Below are positions 58,704 to 64,000 of a DNA stretch of 64,000 nt, one piece after another. The notes beneath the pieces are model-generated. The model worked only from the letters and a program-made list of their open reading frames with translations, did not search any database and was not told where the DNA came from. Both the position numbers and the translations under genes were made by a program. Numbering within the stretch: position 1 is the stretch's first letter; each line of letters opens with the position of its first letter. Origin of the DNA: Barthelona sp. PCE (taxonomy: Eukaryota). The DNA is taken from positions 1,178,001 through 1,242,000 of the forward strand of contig JAUFOR010000001.1 in assembly GCA_040285745.1 (NCBI GenBank), written 5' to 3'.

Positions 58704-59325
58704 TTATGAACCTCTGGGAATTAACTGAATCCATAAGAAGAAACTCAAGGCGAAGAAGAAGAGATAGATGGGATATACAGCGAGTACACGACGACCCTTT
58801 GGCACAAGAGCGGTGAGGAAGTCCACAGAAGCGTATACACTCCAAGATAAACATACCATCATGACTACTGTAATGAAAATAAAACTCTTAACAAATTGAC
58901 ATAATAATCCTCCAATGGTGATGGGGAAAATACAGTATCCAAGGAGGCAGATACTCTGGAAGATGGATCCATCACCACCAAGTAATACTACGTTTGCATG
59001 TACTAATACAGCACCTCCCCAAACAATAAGAAAGACGAGACTGAATGCGCCGTCTGAATCGCTTCCGTTACCCATCATGCTTAACATAATAGCAAGGAAC
59101 ATTGTGATGAGCAGGGGACCGAATAGTTCCCAGTCTTGAAGGTGTTCGGAGGAGCCAGATCCTGAAGGAACAAGCACGTGTCTGAGTTTAAGAAGGATCT
59201 TTTTAAGATCTTTAGCCTGAATGTTAGTATTGTGAAATTAAACCTCCGAAAAGTAAATAACATGCAATTGTTGCCCACACTGGTTCATCCAATGATGTGA
59301 TTTGTCGCTCTACTTGATCGCTCAT
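58704..59325 (-). CDS. Yip1-domain Golgi membrane protein (YIPF6/Yip4-like), 2 exons: 59325-59266, 59216-58704
   Basis: SLDEPVWATI|AKDLKKILLKLRHVL, LQDWELFGPL, FQSICLLGYCIFP and RRVLAVYP. Confidence 0.9.
59217..59265 (-). other. GC-AG spliceosomal intron (49 nt, phase 0)
   Basis: GCATGT...ACTAACATTCAG. The GC donor restores the frame; the GT 4 nt downstream gives an immediate stop. Confidence 0.85.
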
Positions 59326-59530
59326 GCGGTATATAAGAAATGGTGGAAAAAGGAGATAACATTTTTCAAAACAGTTTTCGAAGTTATTTTGTTCTTATGC
59401 GAAGTGTTAAATGGAATATTTTCCCGATTAGAGATGAGAAGTATGACATAATTTGCGCATACACTTTTCTTCACCATATCCCTTTTTTTTTGCGGGTTTT
59501 GCATTTGGAAATTATCAGTGTGGGTCACAG

Positions 59531-59956
59531 ATGTCAATTGAACAGATTGAAGCAGAAGAGGTTTTTGAATGGGATGATCCCACCTTTGGGTTCGATTCTA
59601 CTGATGAATATGTCAGTGATTGTAATACAGAAGCACCAGAGATCACGATAGATCACCTAAGGAAACGAAAAGCAGTTGTTTTTACAGATGAGGGAGTTGC
59701 AACAATACAGAATTCACAGAAGGTACCATTACCACCACGTTTTAACGTAAATATTCCTATTGGACAGACAGAAGTGGTAGATCTATTAGAGGTAGACGTA
59801 CAATTTAAGGATAAAAAACCTTGGATGGAAGCAGGAAAATCTAATATTGATTGGTTTAATTTTGGTTATGATGAACGTACCTGGAGAACATTTTGTGCAA
59901 TGAGTCAAAAAATCAGTCATTTTAATAAGAAAGGGATTTCTGGTATAGGAAAATAA
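59531..59956 (+). CDS. FIP1: Fip1-motif protein (pre-mRNA 3' processing)
   Basis: DKKPWMEAGKSNIDWFNFGYDERTWRTFC matches the Fip1 consensus KPW..PG.D..DYFNYGF.E.TW..YC; 141 aa. Confidence 0.85.
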   Translation: MSIEQIEAEEVFEWDDPTFGFDSTDEYVSDCNTEAPEITIDHLRKRKAVVFTDEGVATIQNSQKVPLPPRFNVNIPIGQTEVVDLLEVDVQFKDKKPWMEAGKSNIDWFNFGYDERTWRTFCAMSQKISHFNKKGISGIGK

Positions 59957-59959
59957 ATA

Positions 59960-60883
59960 TTATAACATAATAAATGAAGGTTTTAATTTTGATACAGTTT
60001 TCATTTCAGTACAATGTTCTAATACTAATGTATGAAGTTCTTCATCTTCTTTAACTAGTTGCAGGATGTTTGAAGCAATTGGGATGACTGATGAAGCAGT
60101 AAGAGGTGTAGAAACAACACCCATAAGATCGAAATGTTGCTTAGCTGAAGATGCTGCAACTACAAACTGAGCAGCTGCAACTATAGGCATATATTCTTCT
60201 CCTACAGCAAATAAAAAATCCAAGACTGGTAAAGAATTCATAAATGGTGGTGTATGATTAAAAAAACTCATTAGTAATCTGAAAGAAAATAACCATACTA
60301 CTTGATCTCTTTTGAATTTCTCATATAGGGTTGCATCAAATCTTTGTACAATGCGCGCAACCAATTCCGTTCCTGCATGTATAGCAGCTTGGTTACGAAG
60401 AGAATATGTTGGAACTCGTTTATATATAGTTGTAAAACATGCAAAAGCTTGTGATTCTGGCATTAGAAACAGTAACATTCCTGCCAAACCTGCCATTCCC
60501 TGGTTGAAGTGGAATTCTTGAAGACCTTCTTCAGCGAAAAAGTGTGAAGCAGCACTCAAAACTCTGACAATAGCTTTTTCATCCACATTAGCAACAAAAA
60601 TTTCATCGTTAGAGAACGCACGGTTCGTAGTCATCACGATGCTGTCAAACACAGACTTGGAAACCTCACAATATTCCACATAAGTCGCATAACGCAATGC
60701 TAAGTTGGGATCTGGTTTAATAAGTACCAACCAAAGGAGCTCTCTTATGTTTTGCTGTTCCTTGATGTTTACCCCCTCAATTTTGTGAAATAGTGACAAG
60801 TTTTGGATTTCTGATAATAAAAAACTTTTTAAGTCATTTTTATGTTCGTAAAGATCCGCTACAAATGCATCATACTCGCTCAT
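59960..60883 (-). CDS. TBC-domain GAP, Bub2/Cdc16-like
   Basis: IRELLWLVL, TTNRAF (Arg finger), IVRVLSA, FNQGM (Gln finger), MPESQAFACF and VPTY...IHAG. Confidence 0.75.
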   Translation of the reverse strand: MSEYDAFVADLYEHKNDLKSFLLSEIQNLSLFHKIEGVNIKEQQNIRELLWLVLIKPDPNLALRYATYVEYCEVSKSVFDSIVMTTNRAFSNDEIFVANVDEKAIVRVLSAASHFFAEEGLQEFHFNQGMAGLAGMLLFLMPESQAFACFTTIYKRVPTYSLRNQAAIHAGTELVARIVQRFDATLYEKFKRDQVVWLFSFRLLMSFFNHTPPFMNSLPVLDFLFAVGEEYMPIVAAAQFVVAASSAKQHFDLMGVVSTPLTASSVIPIASNILQLVKEDEELHTLVLEHCTEMKTVSKLKPSFIML

Positions 60884-60964
60884 TCCGATTTAAATAGTCG
60901 TTTGTTAAACGAAAGAGGTGTTTAAATATTTTACAGTCTTTTCATTTTTTTTTTTTGGGTATAA

Positions 60965-63529
60965 ATGAGTGACGCTAAGTACTTTTCCAGTAGATCCAAG
61001 CACGAGGTAGATGACTTTATCATAGCCTTGAATTCTAATGATATTTCCAAAAAGATTGAGGCTATGAAGGCCGTGAACACACATCTTACCATCGGCAAGG
61101 ACGTCCAAGACCAGAAGCTGTTTGATGAAGTTGTTCGAAACTTTGAGACTAGTAACATTGAGTTGAAAAAACTCTTTTTCGCTTATATGATTCAATTGGC
61201 TCCAATCAACCCACAACTCGTCTTAACTGCCGTCGCAGCACTGGCTGAGGATACATCACACTCATCCCCATTCATTCGTTCACTTGCCCTTCGTACACTA
61301 GGTTACATCAATGATAAGGGTGTAATGGAGCACCTCTCAGAACCCCTTGAGGAGTGTCTTTCCGATGAAAATCCATTTGTGCGTAAAACAGCATGTCTTG
61401 TGTGTATGCGTATTGCTCAGATTGATCCTACAAAAGGTGATATCATGACTGCTAGATTAAAAGAAATGCTTAAAGATGACAATGCTATTGTTATTGCATC
61501 TGCTGCGGAAGGTATCGTCCGTATCAGAAGCGACTGGGTACCTACTAAACAATTTGCTACCCTTATTATTCAAGCTTTAGAAGAATGTAGTGAATGGGGT
61601 CAAGTTGTTTTGTTGGAGTCTGTATCACGCTACTTCCATCAGATTTCATCAATGAGTGAAGCAGAAGACGTTGCTACACGTATTTCTTCTCGTTTACAAC
61701 ATCGTAATTCTTCTGTTGTGTTAAAAACTTGTCAAGCTTTAGGTGTTTTGTTAAAGAAGTTTAACTTAAAAGCAAAGGATGATCTTCTTTCACAAATGGC
61801 TGCTGCTTTGGTTACATTTTTGAGTGGTTCTCATGAAATTGCATTTGTTGCTCTTAAGTCTATCAAATTGTTACAGCAAACTTTCCCTGGGTTTATTTCT
61901 AGATACCTACGTCTTTTCCTGACCTCTTTTAAGGAACCTTTCTACCTCAAAGCTGCTAAGCTCGAGTGTTTAAGCCTTATGGCTGATAATAATGTTTACC
62001 AGAAGGTTCTTTTAGAGTTTGAACAAGCTGCTTCCTCTGTTGATCGTACATTTGCAAACATTGCAATCAATTGTATTGGTAAAGTCGCTTTACAGGATGA
62101 ACTCTTTTGTGATTTTGCTGTTAATTTATTACTCAATTTAGTACGTGATAATCAAAGTGTTTTTACTGCTATTCTTCGTAATTGTACACTTATCTTGCGA
62201 CGCTATCCCGGTAAGTATGATGCCCTTATTGGTGCTTTGTTTGAAAGTGCTTTTGACGTTGAGTGGGATACAGAGTGTAAGACACTCATTGCATGGATTG
62301 CTGGAGAATATGGTGGTCTTATAACTGAAATTGATGAGATTCTTGAGTTCCTTACTGATGGGTTTGATCTTGATTCGCCTACTTTACAATTAGAAATTTT
62401 AACAGCTGTCGTTAAGAACTTTTTGAGATTCCCTCATTTACAACCTTTATGTCAAGACATTATCACTCGCTCTACCAATCAAATTGATCTGAACCTCCGT
62501 GACAAGGCTTTCTTTTACTGGCGTCTTATTGCTGAATCAACAGAAATTGCTAAAAAAGTTGTTTTGGCCTATAAACCTATCATCAAGGTCTCTGATGCAC
62601 ATGTTGCACCACTTATCTCCAGACTTGGTTGTGTTTCAACCGTTACAGAGAGCATCCGCGTTGCTCAGAGTATTAAACTTGAGGAGAAGGTTTGTATTGT
62701 TAGAGAACCACGTGTTGTTTATGAAGAACGTGGCGCTACAATCAGCGCCATCATCTCTCGTGAAGAGCGCACTGTTACGATCGAGCTTACACTCAATGGT
62801 CTTCCTATCGTTCAACTGAACAGCTGTAAGCTCAACAGCAACCCCTTTGGTCTTCAAATTGACAAGGTTGAGTTGGGTAAAACAACGGTTGTTACACTGG
62901 TTGGTGGTGGAGATCGTAAGTTCCACGAAGATCCTCGTATGAACGGTAACCTTCAAATGGCACTTGTGTTTGAAAAAGGCAATGTTTTCTTTACTGTTCC
63001 TGTATGGTTATTTGATGTTTTCTGGGAAGAAAAAATCACACAATCAGAATTTGCTGGCCGTTGGAGTTCATTAGGTGTTGAGAAAACCGTATTCCTGTCT
63101 GGCATTGATAAGTCATTTGTTAAAAAGTTGCAGTCCAATAGTTTCTACAAAATTTTTGCCCGTGATGATCTTGCTTGGTTTTATGGTGGTGTCAGCGATG
63201 AACTGAGCGTTGCAGCTGAGTTCCAATTCAAGGGGCAGATGGCAAGAGTAGTGGTTAAGTGCCAGAATGCTATCATGCTCACCCATTTCTTGAATCACCT
63301 CTGTTTACTTACTAATTGTCGTCCCATATCAGAAACAGTTTTCCATAGCGACGAACCAGAATCTCCCAAACCAGTTGCTGCACCTAGACCATCTGCCACA
63401 CCTGTTAGCCCTGTTGTTAGCTCACCTGTTGTTAAAAATGTTGCTCCTGTGATTTACCCCACTGCTGAACCTGCTGCAACATCACAGAAGAAGAAGTCTA
63501 GTCCAATGGATCTTCTTGATATGTTGTAA
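60965..63529 (+). CDS. Adaptor protein complex beta subunit (AP-1/2-type beta adaptin)
   Basis: MSDAKYF, IGKDV, ELKKL, IRSLALRT, DENPFVRKTA, ECSEWGQ, WIAGEY and LRDKAFFYWRL, followed by an appendage region. Confidence 0.92.
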   Translation: MSDAKYFSSRSKHEVDDFIIALNSNDISKKIEAMKAVNTHLTIGKDVQDQKLFDEVVRNFETSNIELKKLFFAYMIQLAPINPQLVLTAVAALAEDTSHSSPFIRSLALRTLGYINDKGVMEHLSEPLEECLSDENPFVRKTACLVCMRIAQIDPTKGDIMTARLKEMLKDDNAIVIASAAEGIVRIRSDWVPTKQFATLIIQALEECSEWGQVVLLESVSRYFHQISSMSEAEDVATRISSRLQHRNSSVVLKTCQALGVLLKKFNLKAKDDLLSQMAAALVTFLSGSHEIAFVALKSIKLLQQTFPGFISRYLRLFLTSFKEPFYLKAAKLECLSLMADNNVYQKVLLEFEQAASSVDRTFANIAINCIGKVALQDELFCDFAVNLLLNLVRDNQSVFTAILRNCTLILRRYPGKYDALIGALFESAFDVEWDTECKTLIAWIAGEYGGLITEIDEILEFLTDGFDLDSPTLQLEILTAVVKNFLRFPHLQPLCQDIITRSTNQIDLNLRDKAFFYWRLIAESTEIAKKVVLAYKPIIKVSDAHVAPLISRLGCVSTVTESIRVAQSIKLEEKVCIVREPRVVYEERGATISAIISREERTVTIELTLNGLPIVQLNSCKLNSNPFGLQIDKVELGKTTVVTLVGGGDRKFHEDPRMNGNLQMALVFEKGNVFFTVPVWLFDVFWEEKITQSEFAGRWSSLGVEKTVFLSGIDKSFVKKLQSNSFYKIFARDDLAWFYGGVSDELSVAAEFQFKGQMARVVVKCQNAIMLTHFLNHLCLLTNCRPISETVFHSDEPESPKPVAAPRPSATPVSPVVSSPVVKNVAPVIYPTAEPAATSQKKKSSPMDLLDML

Positions 63530-63592
63530 GTAGTTAATAAACTGTTGTTTTTATTGGTTTCTTGTTATTGTACACTCTTTCATAACTACTAT

Positions 63593-64000
63593 TTAACGTT
63601 GATTAGGGGTTTTGAGGTACTTCTCAGCATCTTTAGAAGGTGAACCACCTCCTTTAGGTGTCTCTGGTTCTGGAACTTCTTCAACTGAAGGTTCTTCAAG
63701 TTTTTCCTCTTCACTAGGGAGGGTCTGTAATAATGTCATTGCAAGTTCCATCGAAGAAGGAGCAAAAACATTGCAACAATGTGCTACTATACCATTAATA
63801 GCAAAAAGAAGTGAAGGTAAATTAATTTCTTGTTTCATGAATTTCATTAATGTCATATCAATATAAGCAATTTTTTCTTGTTCAACAGGATCAAATTCAT
63901 CAGCTTTCGGATCGGTATTCAACTGTAAAAGCATTGTTAACATGTATCTGATCTTGACAATTGTTTCAGCGTCCATCATGTTACTCTCACTTTCAGCAAG
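63593..64000 (-). CDS. 3' end of a hypothetical protein (frame open to the window edge)
   Basis: The frame continues upstream of ATG 63979 (LAESESN) without a stop. Confidence 0.6.
   Translation of the reverse strand, partial: LAESESNMMDAETIVKIRYMLTMLLQLNTDPKADEFDPVEQEKIAYIDMTLMKFMKQEINLPSLLFAINGIVAHCCNVFAPSSMELAMTLLQTLPSEEEKLEEPSVEEVPEPETPKGGGSPSKDAEKYLKTPNQR

Noticed and set aside
59434-59530. GTATGA donor-like site upstream of FIP1
   Set aside because: No matching fused branch/acceptor, and the join is out of frame.
1-64000. Prokaryotic or viral origin, alternative genetic code, tRNA/rRNA/CRISPR
   Set aside because: Spliceosomal introns and core eukaryotic genes are present. TAA, TAG and TGA all terminate genes. 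No tRNA T-arm, rRNA or regularly spaced repeat pattern was seen by eye.

Overview
This is gene-dense eukaryotic nuclear DNA in the standard genetic code, AT-rich, with about 32 protein-coding genes and intergenic gaps as short as 3-40 nt. Five spliceosomal introns can be reconstructed, all near gene 5' ends. They share a fused branch-point/acceptor CT(A/C)AC(A/T)TT(T/C)AG and one has a GC donor. This architecture resembles metamonad protists (inference). Housekeeping genes include casein kinase 1, a TBCEL-like protein, CANT1 apyrase, a G3BP-like protein, Utp21, a giant CUB-HECT E3, CapZ-alpha, Vps28, a ferlin, a Sec1/Munc18 protein, Yip1/YIPF6, Fip1, a Bub2-like TBC protein and beta-adaptin. 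The notable accessory content is: (1) a 1404-aa chimeric protein joining a propeller-like region, coiled coil, protein kinase, degenerate HECT domain and RBR Rcat-type zinc finger, with two candidate catalytic cysteines and a GC-rich 3' half; (2) three adjacent paralogous unknown polytopic membrane proteins with a shared HNx(S/A)CRxG motif; (3) bacterial-type genes: a secreted 2xSH3b-GH19 lysozyme, a phosphohexomutase, a GT4-like glycosyltransferase, a GNAT and a TehA-like channel; (4) a divergent histone H3 variant, a CCT-domain protein and a pseudo-GTPase. No tRNA, rRNA, CRISPR array or transposase was recognised. All family calls come from motif recognition by eye, not database searches.
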